Assembly (NCBI GenBank): GCA_964035545.1 | Contig: OZ037767.1 | Coordinates: 8,008,581 to 8,072,580, forward strand | DNA from: Bugula neritina | Taxonomy: Eukaryota; Animalia; Bryozoa | Length of the DNA stretch: 64,000 bases | Reading direction: 5' to 3' | Shown: one piece after another, positions 1-14,600 of the stretch | How positions within the stretch are numbered: position 1 is the first letter of the stretch | Layout of the letters: every line of letters begins with the position of its first letter | Made by a program: the position numbers and the translations under genes | Notes under the pieces: generated by a model | Databases searched by the model: none | The model's input: the letters and a program-made list of their open reading frames with translations, nothing else | What the model was told of the DNA's origin: nothing

Positions 1-90
1 CCTCTATATAAGGTGACACAGTATATGGCAAATATGTTATTATTACTGGTATCTAAAAGACTGGCTGATTAAAATAATATTATGTTTTAG

Positions 91-3000
91 CTCCACAATT
101 TGAAGAAAATGATATAGAAATAGCTACCAACTCGTCTCAGTGTATTCAATTGACAGTTAAAGGATTTAAATACCCAGGTGGAAATATAACTACATTTCAG
201 GTATGACTGAGCTACTGTAAAATATACTTATAACTGCAGTTTCTTTGTCCCTACTGGTAGCTCTTTTGTAATTTTACCTACAATGTTGCTACTTTGAGTT
301 CTGGCAATTTATTTTTGCTGATGCATTATAACATAAAAAGATATTTAAAAGCAAATAATTTGTTTTATAAAGTGATATTAAAATATTCAATCTACGATAA
401 GGAGATCTTTGTTTTATTATTAAAAAAAATTAAATAGTTAATGTTTTACCTCTTAAAAGTACAGATATACTAAAAGCAGTCAAACTTTTGCTTTGTACAC
501 TAGTAATATTCGACTCACACTATTGTTTTTATCCTATTTGTTTACAAAATTATTTAAACATGCAGTGTGATGAAATGAAAACTATTTATATAATAAATCT
601 TAAAAAGTTTGCAGCTGTGATGGTTTTGAGTGTGATCTTTAATATTATATTAGGCTCAGATCAATCTATTGCAAACTGTAGCTATATAACCTGCTACACT
701 TTTTGTTTCCTAAGCGTTTGAAATTGTACAATGTCAGATGCTATATATAATACATACACCTACATTATTATTAATCCAGAGCAAATGTAGTGAAGAAAGT
801 ACATGGACTGATCTTGACCTTAACCAAGAAACAGCAAGAAGTGTGTGTATCTACAGTCCCTATTCTGCAGTAAGCTGTGAAGTAAAAGCAAATAACAGTG
901 CTGGGGTTACAACAGAAGTTAAAAACATCTCAACTCTTTGTGCAGGTTGTCTAGTATATGTTTGCTTGTATTTTAACAGCTAGCTTGTTGTTCCCATCAC
1001 ACACTAATAGTAGAAACTCATGCAAGTTTATTGTCATTATTCCTGTAAATGTTTTTAACGCAGACTAAGAATCCATTCCGATGTAACACAGGAGTAATTA
1101 TGACTGGGCGCTTTTTCGGGCATAACCAATTGTCTTTACTCGGATTCGAACCCATGACTTTCTGTTCACTAAGTTAATGCTCTAACACCCAGTTGCTTTC
1201 TCACAGCACACTAGCTAATATCATGTGCATGCTACACAGATATGAAACTTTGTGCCCCAAATTCTTAAAGGGTGCATTTAAACAATATCGCTGTTGCTAC
1301 TCGTACAATATTATAATAATATACGTAACAGAAGTTGAACATTTTTGAACATGACTTGTTGGTTATTTGCTATTTCTATTTGAGGCGGATTAAATTTATA
1401 TTGTCTTAGTTATGCCTGAACTTTTTTTTATAAACTGTTACCTGATATTAAAAAATGCAGTTTAATAGAGTGCGACTGTTGTATAATGAGATTTTGAATT
1501 TCAGATCCAGAATTAATTGGAGAAATAGAACTGTATCAAGATTACATTTCTGAAAACAACACCAGAACTATCACTGTTAACATGACGCAGGTTAGTTATA
1601 AAAAGTATAGGTTGATACAGTGTCAGATAGATGTTTTAGATTTAGTAATGTTGTAGTACATTATAATATACTACTGTATTTTAATAAATATGAAACATGC
1701 ACAAACACTATAATAATCCAGTAACACAGTATGTCACAAATTTTTAACTATGTATATAAAAGTGGCAATGCATTATTTTTCATGCAACCTTTCAAATATA
1801 TAAGATATAATGCATTGAATGAATAATGAAGTATTTGCAATTTTTTGTTCAAATCATTATGCAGGTCAGTTATTTGAAATCTTGTTATGATTACCTTTTC
1901 TCTTTATTTAGGTAAACATAAATTGACTGCAGTTGATGTGACTGTGACTATGCTTCAATATTTGTTTTCTTCAACTCAATCTCCTAGAATGACAACCTTT
2001 TTTTTTAAATTTGATTTTAGAACATCACGACTAACTGCGAACAGGATATTATAACTTTAGAAGCTGGCATTGGTAATAGTGAATTTACTTCAGAATTGAC
2101 ATTCCCTAACTTAGCAGCTCACACCAACTACACTATAAAGTTAAGGTTTACCAACAGTGAGAGTATGTCAACAGAGAAGTCTATTGTTGAGAGGACTGGC
2201 GACTTAGGTAAGTGAATAATACCTAGCACAGAGTGTCTTGTACAATGGTGACGTTTAGATGTAATACTACTTTTCTGTAACTATAAAATAGATGTAAACT
2301 AACTCAATATTTGTTTAAAAATTACCATTGACTTAATCACAAATCCATTAAAACTTTTTTTCATTTTTTAAAGTGAAGTTTGATTTTTTTTTCTTAACTT
2401 TGATTATTTTCTAATGTTCTAGATTGAATTCAAAGATGTGTTATTGAAAATTTTTAATTTAATGCAAATTGTATAATAGTCTGACTTTCTCACTGTATTT
2501 TATAGCTCCTGAAACAGCTCCTGTATTGACTAGAAATGTAACCAACTCTAGCTGTGTGCACATAACATGGTCTAAACCAAAATTGCCTAATGGAGATATT
2601 AAGAAATACAAAGTAAGGCAATTTATATTGCTGCTGAAATTAGACTCTAATTGCAATCACCCAATGACCTAATTTAAAAATTTTGCCAGCTACAATTCCT
2701 TAGGCCTAAGCAATGCTAGAGTTGTGTTTGAAAAGCTTCAACTTACGCCAAGAAAACCATTTTATATTGAGTTCTGTCAATGATGTCTCTAATATGTTTT
2801 GTAAAGTTTGAAACATCATACTTATAACGCAATGTGCATTATCTCAAATAAGTGCTTTTAATAACCAGGCTACTTCTAAAATAACTTTGTTCACAGCTTT
2901 GGATTTCACATTCTTTGCATTCCTACCTTTTCCAACTGCAATTTTATTTACGATCAATTCTAACTTAAATTCTATGGGTAATGCAAAGCATCATACTTGA

Positions 3001-6000
3001 CAGTTTTATAGACTACCAAGGTGCTAAAATTTATAGTACATGTATATTGTGTAATTCCTTAAAATTCTCAAGAATATTCAATTCTTTGACTGCTGATTAT
3101 AAATAAATCACACTTTTTAATTTTTGTTATTTTAGCTAATATAAAACTCATAACAGCAATGCTAAAAATATAATAATAATTCAAAGTGCTTGCGTATTGG
3201 CTAGTGTGGCAAAAGCAAGTTATCAGATGCAAAACATACTCTAATACAGACTAAATTGTTAGTAAAGACTAATTTTGCAACACATTTCTTTACTTCATTT
3301 TGTGATATTATACTGCGAATTGATTGACAACCTATAATTTCTTAATTAATGCATTTTTATAGATGCATACTTATTGCAAATATAAATTTCTTTTTAGTAC
3401 AATTGCCAAAATTATACTTCACCTGGACATTTTACCAATGACTCAATAGGGTGGAACGAAACTGATCCTTTGCAAAAATCACTGACAGAGTGTGGCTTTA
3501 ACTTTGGGGATACAGTTTACTGTGGCATAACGTCCTTTACTTCAGTTGGACATGGCCCAACTCTTATCTTATCAACTCAAGTTCTTTGCACAAGTATGCT
3601 TTCAGCCTGATTACAAAATTCCATTTTTAGTGCAGCATCATTGTCAACAATTGTAGCACTGTATTAATTCATAGTAATAATTAAAAGTATAAATATTTAA
3701 TTATTATAAATAATTATTATAAACATTATAAAATTAGTTTGTAATTAAAATTATAAACTGTTGTTAACGCTGATGTTTTAAATCTCTGCTTCTGTTCCTT
3801 TACATATACTAGTTTACTTTGATAAAAAAACTATTACATTTTAATAAAATACTTTTTTGTAACCAATGTCATTTTTTACATTGAAGCTGCTATTGGCTAA
3901 ATATTTTTTTTTATATAATTATTATATTTTATTTACAACATTCATAATGAAAAAATTGTCTCCTAATTTATTGCAGATCCTTCTACCCCTGAATTTGATG
4001 TTCAAAGCTATCTAGATGCTAACCAATCTGTTATCATTGAGATTTCATTGCAGGTTGATGTATAGTATTTCTTTTCAGTCACAGCTAATATGCTTATCAT
4101 TTTAAACTGTTAAATTCTGATATTTTATTCAACTGCACATTTGAAATTATTTTTGAAGTAAGTTATTTTACATAAATTTAAATGGGTTATAAGAATACTA
4201 TAGGAATTTGTGCATGCGTTCCACTTAATGTATACATGTACTGGTATATATGTATATGCCCTGAAATGTGTTAAGTGGTATTAGACATAAGGTTCGATTT
4301 CAACAATATTTACCAAAACAGAAAAAATAGCCATCTACTGTAATAAGTGCTCAGTAAACAGTATGTGATAATGATTTGAAGAAAACTTGGTATATATGAT
4401 TATGTTTGCACCACTACCAAAAAAGTTATATCATATTCATAATTGTGTAAAAATTGTAGGCTTCAGAACATTACTGTCACAGCTTACAGGAGTACAAAAT
4501 ACTTATCAAGGAAAGTGATAGCTTGGAGGCTATTATCAACAGTTCTTCTGCCACACCTGGCAATTTACCATATAGTGGTTTCAAGCCTTATACTACTTAC
4601 TCAGTGGAAGTGGTGGCGGTGAATGATGATGGGAAAACTAGCACTAATGAAACATTTGTATTGTCTGCTGAAAAAAGTAAGTTTGTTACAAATGCCATAT
4701 AAAGTATTAGAAATTAGTGCTATATTAGTTGTTGATTATTAAAGGCTACATAATACTGTATATTATATAATATAGTGTGGTGAACTAAACTGTTTTTTTG
4801 CAATAAATCTTGACTGGTGTCTTATTTTATTTCGTTTAGCAAATTGAACTACTTCATGCCACACAGTCAACAATCATGCCACACAGTCAACAATGTTTTG
4901 TTATTTGTTACAATCTATTTATTAATACATGTTTTCTTAAGTAGCTGTATTTTGAGTTAAGAATGGGCTGTAGGTACAGCTTATCTGCAAATAACATTCC
5001 GTTTCTATGATTACGTATATAGAGTGTTTCACATTGTATTTCACCATAAACTCTATATTATAAAAAGAATGAAAAACTCATCAAATATGTTTTGCAGAGC
5101 CTGACACAGTACCAAGTATTACTTCTCTTGAGTCAACTACCAGCTGCATAGAAATCAAAACAATTAAACCTTCTGAGCCAAATGGTCTGATTATAAAGTA
5201 CCAGGTAAAAGCATCTATAGTGTTAAGTTTTGCACGTGTGTGCCTACGATTTAAATATGTAAGTGGCGTTATAGTGCTGTTATCTTTGAATATCATACTT
5301 ACCTTTATTGTGTAAGCCAACCAGCAAGCCACAACTAATTTGCTATGTTGTTGATCTTCACATAATAGAGCTTATTAAAATTGTTTATAACCATTTAAAC
5401 CGTGAACTTACTTTTTAAATTTTCTAGGTTAACTGTACAAGTTTGAGTACAGAAAATAGTACAACAGCTGACGCAGCTAAAGATGAAAGTGGTTCAGTTG
5501 AGATGTGTGGATTCAGCCCAGTGACTAATGTGACATGTTCTGTTGCAGCTCTAAACACAGCTGGCATCAGTCCACTGGTTTTAGAATCTAAATACACGCA
5601 AATAAAAGGTTTGTTATATATCAACTGTTGGCTATTTTTCAAATTCTAATAAATAATTATTTGAACACTTTGAGATAGGAAAACTTTTAAGCACTTAAAA
5701 TGATTGCCTAATCGGTGATGCAACAAAGTTCCCACTCATCATATTACTAACAATGATATATACATGCTTTCTTCATATCAAGTGTACATTTATCATATTA
5801 TCAGTTAAACTATGCCAAACATTTATAAATTAATTCTAAAGATTACATAAGATACACAGAGTTGATAAAATCAATTGTGGGTTTGTAAGAGCATGTCTTG
5901 TAGAAAGACTTCTGCTAGTTACAAGTTTCATTTTAGGCATATGCATATGCAGCTTTTTATAATAATTTAGTTAATGCCTACATAGTTGCTGTATTGCTGT

Positions 6001-9000
6001 ATTCAGTAGATTATATACATTGTAATTTGCGTAATTTTTTTGTTTGGTCTAAGTATAATATATAATAACTTGCATCTTATTGTGTGAAAACCTAAACTAC
6101 AATTTTTTGTAGATTTATTTTGATTGATTTCAGTTAATTCAACAGCACCTGGCCCAAAAGCACTTAAACCAGAAGCAGGACAAGCAAGTGTACCTGTCAA
6201 GTTGACTAAGCCAGATCTGGGCAATGTGAACATCAAGTGAGGCTATACACACAACTGCCAATGTGTCTTTCAATATTATGCATTTGTTAGTGAATTAATA
6301 GGTCATTCGTTTATTACAATTTGACCAAATTATTGTTTTAATGTGTGTAGCCCAGTGCTGTCCAACATGGCCGGATGTGACCATCAGCTTACATTTATGT
6401 GGCCCGCAAAGGCGTAAAGCTACAATTATATTTCATTATAAATGAGTTAAAATTAAAAACCATCATAAAAATGTTATATATATACACATGCTAAAACATG
6501 CAGCCTGCATTAACTGTTACTACTTTGTTGTGTGAGGATCGATAAGAATTTGAAAAATACCAACACTGTGGCCCCCAACCCAAGTAACAAGTTAGACACT
6601 CCTAGTGCGCAGCTTATGATATTTAATACTGATTAAAACCCGGCAATTATTCTACAAAATATAATATAGAGTAGCGGATCTATTTAATGCAATATATACA
6701 TTGCAAATTCTTGTAATTAGCTGTAAAGATGCTGCTACTAATGTCTAGTACCTATCATGTTTTCGGTGTATGACTATCTTTTAATCATAATATTTATACT
6801 TAATGTAATGCAATTTATTTTGCATTAAAATGTAACACAATTTTTATTGTGAGATTCAATTATCAATGGGTATAGAAGTATAAGACATTTATGGTCCAAT
6901 AAAATTTAGGCTTTATACTTTATAGTCTTCAAGTGAAATTAGTAATATGTAACTCTATGCAAAAATCAATGCATGCAGTATCTGAATTACTTCACATTTA
7001 TAGGCATATAATATCAGGAGGGTTACTGTTATCCTGCTTCAGGTCCTTTCTGTTGCTGCTGCTGCCAACAGAGAATAAAGTGAAAAGGTCAACTGCAGTA
7101 CCTTGTGATGAAGACTTTGTGAAGAATGCTACATCCTGCCCGAGTACAACTGGTAAATGCTGTGCTACAGCTGAGCTAACAGCGCAAGATGTAGGTAACG
7201 GAATAGTGTTCAATGTGGGAGATGGTGCTACTTATGGGAAGTATGAGAATACGAAACTGAAAGCAGAATCAACCTATGACTTGTATGTTGCTGTTACCGT
7301 AGATGTTCAGGTACGATATTTTCCTATAAAATAAAAAATGTTTGAGTAATTATTTTTAAAGTAAAAAGATGTAGATTAGAACTCACCAACTTTAAGTAAC
7401 TTTCTCATTGATATGTCATCTGTTCTGTTAATAAGTCTGAGTTTAATAAAAATACAAACCAATTATTGTAAAGCTAAAGAACATAAAAATCTAGTGAAGG
7501 TAGGATCGCGAAATCATTTTACTACCACATTATATAACTTTAAAAACTCTATTTTCAGATTAATTTGTTTTCCATATATTATAGTGCATACCTTGCTACA
7601 TTTAGCAAAAAAAAAGTTTATTTTTGTAAAAATAAACAATGAGAGTTAGATTAAAACTTCAATAACCTTTTTACTTAAAATAGCTGTACATTTAAACTAA
7701 TTTTGGCGCTTAGTGACATTATAATGCTTTGGTGTTTTCAAAATAAAATTAGAACTTTGTTCAAAAATTGTTTGTAATGAGTAACTATTTTAATGATTAC
7801 TTTCAATAAATTTCTAATAATCATACTTTTGTAATATTATGTGTTTGTTGGCAACTTAGCTACAACAATTTTTTCTGGCATGTAAATCTATTCTCATACT
7901 TTTCAATTTATTTGCTATTACAATGTTACAATTGTTGTAGGAAGACGAACTATTGGTTCATGTTGGAAATGCAATTTCCATACAAGGTATTGTTATTTCA
8001 AGATATTTTTGCAATAGTAAAAGTTAAGCTTTGTGTAAAATTTACATGTTGTTTTTCAGTTTCCATCCTTGAACTGCACAAAATTATGTTAGTTTGTAAA
8101 ATCATACAGATAGAATTCTATGAACCTGCCTTTTCCATTATCCACCTTAGCCCTTATGCATGACATTGTGCATGTGTACTAGAAAGTATGGTAAAGCTGT
8201 CAAAACACCCATAAGCTGTAAAACAAATCAGCTCTATTGTTTTTGAAATTATAAATATGATTTACAAATAAAACATGTATGTTTGAAATATCGGCATTGA
8301 CACAGTGTTTCAGTCTCACCATTCCTTAGCAGTTTCACATGTTATGCCCATATTATACTAATATTAAAATGGAAATGACTGATAAAATAACTAAAATTAT
8401 TTATTCAAGATTTTTCTCAATTTCAGCACCTAAATCTGTAATACAAGCACCCGTGACTTCTGTCCCACCACCTACTGGTGCAGTTGCTGGTGGGGTTTCT
8501 GGCGGAGTTATTGCAGTAGCCATTGTAATAATTATAATTGTCATTCTCATAAAAAGGTAAGTATCTATATATGTGTATATAAAGGAATGTTATAACTAGA
8601 AGAGCATAGATATAGGATATCTAATATGAAATTCCCTGATCAGCTGCAATGCTGCTACCAAAAACATAAATGAATTAAACAAAGATTAGTCACAAAATGA
8701 ACAAACATATGATTAGGCCTAACAAATGAACACTTTTTTAAATTCTGGAAAAATTTCAAAATTTACCAAAAATTTTTACCAATTGCTTTACTGGTTTACT
8801 GAGCATATAGGCCACATGTAGGGCCATAATCAGCGGCTTTTATAACTGAAGAATTGGCTGGTCACCTAAATGACCAAAACTATGTTGACTATGTTTTAAT
8901 ATTAGAGCCTAGAATAACTGCACTGTGCACTAAATCAAAGATTTGAATTCTGGATTAGCCCCTGGTGATACCTAAACTGACATTGCTGTGATCGGCACAA

Positions 9001-11589
9001 TATCAACAGTCATTAGACCACAAGGAATTGAATTTTCACATTATTATTCTTGACCAAAATGAGTAATTGAGTGAACTCTGCCTTACTATAAAAAACTAAC
9101 TAAGTACCAAAAATAAATATAGTCTAGATAGTATTTTATATACTTCTTATTCTTTGCAAGTTTAAATATTATAAGAAATTTTTGAAAAATTGGGGTTTAA
9201 GTGCCACACTTCATTTGTTCATAGCACTAAGTAAATTGTAGTTAAGATGATAAACTCATTTTGCTATTATCTTCTATTATTATTTTGCAACAGGAAACGG
9301 CCCGTTGCAAAGGAGAAAAGTCGTAGCAGTGACAATGAGATGACCAACATCCAGCTAGCAGAAAGTACAAACTCCTCTGTATCCAGAAGCAGCAATCCTG
9401 GTAAGGCATTAGAAATGTTCAAGATATTTTGAATTGTTCAGCTATTATAGTGACACATTTTCAAACCACATCAGATGTGATTGTATTAAAGTGCTTGGTT
9501 TTGCTGTTTCACCTACAGATATAGATCTAATTTTTGAGGTGTTTCTTTAGTAAACCTTGCACGTTATCATATTTATACTTACGTAAGTTCTAAAACTTTT
9601 CATACTAAAAAACAGGTATCGGAAAATTGATTTTTTAGAATTACATTCAATTACAGCTTTGCAACACATATAGGTGACAATTTTTAGGCAACTTTTATTT
9701 ACTATTTTATGAGCTATCTTGAAAATAGATTTTTGAGAAAACAAATACACTTGGGCACTTGTGTTCTTAGATTTATTATATATTTTTTTAAAACATTGTC
9801 ACTCTGCATGTCCTACTTACTCTAACGCATAGTCAACATCCCTAAACTTGCAAAGCATCAGTATTACTTATTACTAAATAATGAAAAACAACTAACGGCT
9901 ATAGTTTGTTGAGAGTTAATTAAGTAAATTGTTATGCCCTTCAAATATTATATGTTTTAGACACCAATATCTTCAATTCTGTTATTTCAATACTTTTGTC
10001 TGCATTTTTAGTATTTTTTATAGTAGTGTGGCTTTTAAAGTGACAGATGTTTACCTAATGCTAGCAATAAGTTTGAACAAAAATATATTAAGCTAAGATC
10101 AATGCTTCTCTTTTATCTATTGCTATAGTATTTATTTTGTATATTTTCAAAACTTTATAATCATATTATATTTCAAAGGATTTGAATATGAAAATGTGGA
10201 AGAAATTTTACCGCGTAATATCAACAGGATTTCTGTGAGAGAACTTAGAACTTTTATCAAAAACAATGTCAGCCTTATGAAAACACAGTTTGAGGTAAAT
10301 ATTTTTTTAAAAATTAATATTAATACTTTTATTGAGTACTTTATTACTATGTCAGAATATGATATTATACATATCAAATATAGAATATAATTTCTTAGAA
10401 TCAGCTGTTTCAAGATATCACCTTTCTTCTTATCAATCAAAAAAGTAAAAGTAATGAAAATAAGCCTTCCAGCTTTTTGCCGCATTAAAACTAGTCTAAT
10501 TGTCTCAACTATTTTACTTATTTTCTGATGCAGGCATATTTATCAGTTTACTTTTAATCAAATCAATAATGTTAATTCACTTTGCATATTAACACAAATC
10601 GTATCTACTAACTTATTTTAAACATATAATTACTTCAATATAATTTATTAGTTAAATAGCGTAGTGTAGCAGTCAGAAAGTGAACTGTTTCAAAAACACA
10701 AATGCCCAATTTTCTAACTCTCAGCATATGTTTGACTGTTTGTGCATAAGAATTTCATTTATACAAATACATTATAAGCAATTTTGATTTTTTTGCTGTT
10801 ATAATTTGTTGACATACAACATTGTGGTATGAATGTGGTATCAATTTAGTCATATTATTCAGCAATTGATTTAAAACAATACTATGTGTGTGCTTTTTAA
10901 AATTTTAATTCTAGGTATTTTTTGTTATTGATTGATTTGGTTTCAAGCAAAACCATAACTAAGCGTGCTATGAGAATTTTTATAAGCAATACTTAGTTAT
11001 TCAAACTTCATGCTCTCAAGTAACATTGTATTGCATAAATTACAGAAATTAGAAGCATTACCAAAGCCAAAAATGGAAGTTGCCTCGATGCCTCACAACA
11101 AAGGAAAGTGCAGATACAAGCTGCTTTATCCTGGTTAGTATTCTCATAATGCTTGGAACATGTAGCTAGTTTTCTGTGATAATTATTGTGAAAAACATAT
11201 GAGAAATTGTAATAAAGTTTAAGATTGATGCAAAAAATCGTTTTATTAAAATTTTTTTAGGCTAGCAATACAAATAATAAATAAACAACTCCTATATAAT
11301 AAACTAAACAGTTTCAGAGTAACATGTACTGTATATTATTATATCTTACATTCAACACTTGAAACCCATTTAAATTTTGTCACATTTTGGCAAAACGAGT
11401 TTTTATTTAGAAAACTATTTGAGTTTTAGAAAACTTACGTTGCACTGACATTTATGCATTCACTTGAAAAAAAGTAAGAAATAGCAATTTACATAAATGC
11501 CTAGGGAATATAAAATATACATGTTTATATATTCTTACATTATAATAGATATTGTTGCATATACTACATATACATATATAGTATATATG

Positions 11590-11645
<56 letters not shown>

Positions 11646-14600
11646 TGAAATTGATATATTTTTTTCAGAACAACTATTTTGATAAAAAATCACGTGTTCA
11701 AAATATTTTAATTGAAAATTATTCTTTATTTTAAAATTTTGAAATGTGGTTGATTTATACTCTTTTATGTAATATATATTATAAGCAATAAAAATGTAAT
11801 ATATTCTAAATTCTTCAATACATGCATCTGTTCTTGTTTTAGCTGATGATCACAGAGTTGTTCTGAGAAGAGAAGGGGAAGGAAATGATTTCATCAATGC
11901 TTCTTATATTGCAGTAAGATTTAATAGTTGTGTTCTTATAGCATTTCACTTGATGGCTAGCACCAATAAATTAAAACTTTATGGTTCAATCGTTAGCACC
12001 TACGGCTAGAATTTTTTTACAAAGTAGTCAAGGAAAAAATGAATTAGCCAAACAAAATGTTGAAGATTAGGTCCTGTAAAATATCTAATTCAATATGCAT
12101 GGTAATATTCAATACTGAAGTTTTCTCTTCAAGCAATTGTGAATTTTATTTTAATTTAAGCTTTAAAACTGTTTTTGCGTTAGTTTATATTTTCCGTCAG
12201 TTTTACTTTAGCTAAATGAAACAAAGAGTCCATTTCGTTTTACTGCACAGTGCTGTAGTACGATGAAACAACTTTCTACTTTTGAAATAATTTGACAAAA
12301 CAGCAGCTGTAGAGTAGCATTAAAATATGTGCATTACACTGCTTATGTTGACAAAATAATATGTGCTATTAATTTATATTTTAATTTTGATTTCTCATGA
12401 TTTTTTTTAGGGTTTCAACAAAGACAACGCATATATTGCAGCACAAGGTAAGTTTGGTTAAAGTAAGATAGAACGGTATATGGTGATGCATAGAAAGTCA
12501 AGTGTAATTGTGATATTTTTATAATTTAGTTTCAAAGTATCAGGTGTTCTTAAAATTTAAAAGTCAGAGTAAGTCTCCCAGCTTAAAATGCAAGCGTGTA
12601 GTTTTTGTAGTAGCCAAAATTAAAACAATCGGAGGTGCTTCATAAGTATCAGCAATTTGTGAAAAAATGAATGCCAAACTGGCTTCATTGCTGCTAATGA
12701 CATTTTTAATGTGAAAGAATATATTACTCATGGTTATTGAATGACAACATTAATTAAGTAATAGAGGTATTTCTCAGTCAAGAACCATTAGGTAGGCTGA
12801 TGGTCAGCATTATATTTTATTGCAGCCAGGATCAACTAAATTTAACAGGAAAATATGTTTTCTGTGAGTTTTTGCAAGATTTGATTTTTCGAATAGCTCA
12901 GCTATAATCATGGCCAACAGTGGATCAAATTTTGGTAGCAAGACATTCAACCAACATTAATTATCAAAACCTAATCAGCAACTATTCAAATATTAAACTT
13001 TTGCATTTTATGAGTGGCTTATCGATTTTAAAGCAATGCTTAAAATAAAATTTTGTTAAGAAACTGCAAGTTTTTTTTATTACTTCCAAGGTCCAACACG
13101 GGCAACGGTGAATGACTTCTGGTATATGGTGTGGCAAGAAAGACCAAGTGCTATAGTTATGGTAACTAGAGCTGTTGAAAGTGGAAAGGTTGGTTTTAAA
13201 AACAATATTATATCAATTTCACTTGTTTTTTCACTGCTATTCTGTTTTCAAAAAGGCGTTGTTTTAAATTACCTAATTAAAAACTATAAAATGTTTAAAA
13301 AATTTGTCTTTTTTATTTTTGTTTAAGTAAAAATTTAAGTTTGGGCTTTAATTTCTTCAATTTTAATTTATTTGTAAATTTGAATTGTAGAACAAATGTG
13401 AGCAGTACTGGCCTCTGGACAAACAGCCAAAGACATTTGGAGACATCACTGTGTGTAGTAAGTCTGTTGAGTCGTGGGCAGACTTTACACAAACACGTTT
13501 GAGTATTTCCAAGGTACAGTGGCATATACATAATCTTATATCTAATATATTACATTCATTGTAGAATGATGGTGTAAATTTTATAGCAATCCATTGACTT
13601 ATGTTAAATATATAAATAAATGAGTTTGTTGTAAATTATAGCAAAGAACTGAGTAGTTACAAGAGAGTTCATGGAAATTTTTTAAGTAGCAGCAGTTTGT
13701 GGTTATATATATACTAATATTGCATGATAGCAAGTTGTTTAGGCTGGAAAGTAACAAAAGGGTAGAAAAAGAATTAAGAGATAGCAGTTTTTATGTCACA
13801 CGGACCGCTTTCAACTATTTTTATAGACATGAAAAGATGAATAATTCATGGTTGCTTTCTGAGTAACAACCATGCAAGAATAAATCGACAAACAATAGGT
13901 TCCATGTTTAGTTGAATGAGCTAGGCTAGTAAGAAAATGAGCAATAATTACTTACAGATATATCTCGGTCTACTATGTTGAAATAGTTTTTCGGTTCATA
14001 AACTAAAAAATTCACACATGATTTAACCATTACGAACTATATTCTTTTTAAATACATATAACCATAATGGATAGATAAATATTGTTTCACTTTTTTGTTC
14101 TGAAATATTAAAGTTTTTTATTTTTGTTAACATGGTATTTTAAAGTCCTCTATAGTCACTTTTTTGTTTAAATTTGTAATGTTCAATAAAATATTAACTT
14201 CATCAAATTGTTTTGGAATTATCATCTTTTGTGTAAGCTGCTATTCTTACATTTATAGGATGATCAGACAAGAACTCTGTCACACTTCAACTACCTGTCA
14301 TGGCCTGATCACGGAGTACCTGATGACCTATCTTCTTATGTTGCCTTCTACTTCAAGATCAAATCACTCGTTTCCCGTTCCACAAGCCCTCTCCTTATTC
14401 ACTGCAGGTTAGTGAGCTTATCTAGGTATTTATAACTATATGATGACTTTCATTCATTTTACATTCAATATATTGACACTTTTAGTTAGCACAGACTGGT
14501 GTTTGACTTTCAATAAATGTTTGCTAAAGCATTGAGGTCAATCAAAACTTAAAACTAAAATATTATAAAAATTACATAATTATATAGATAAAGCAATGAA

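Larger units (their letters stand above)
91..5608 (+). other. Five FN3-like domains of the RPTP ectodomain, two exons each
   Basis: Repeated phase 1-0 / 0-1 exon pairs with FN3 hallmarks, e.g. [62 protein letters not shown]. Confidence 0.85.

Noticed and set aside
11497-11682. ORF with RACV repeats
   Set aside because: Translation of an intronic (GTGC)n microsatellite.
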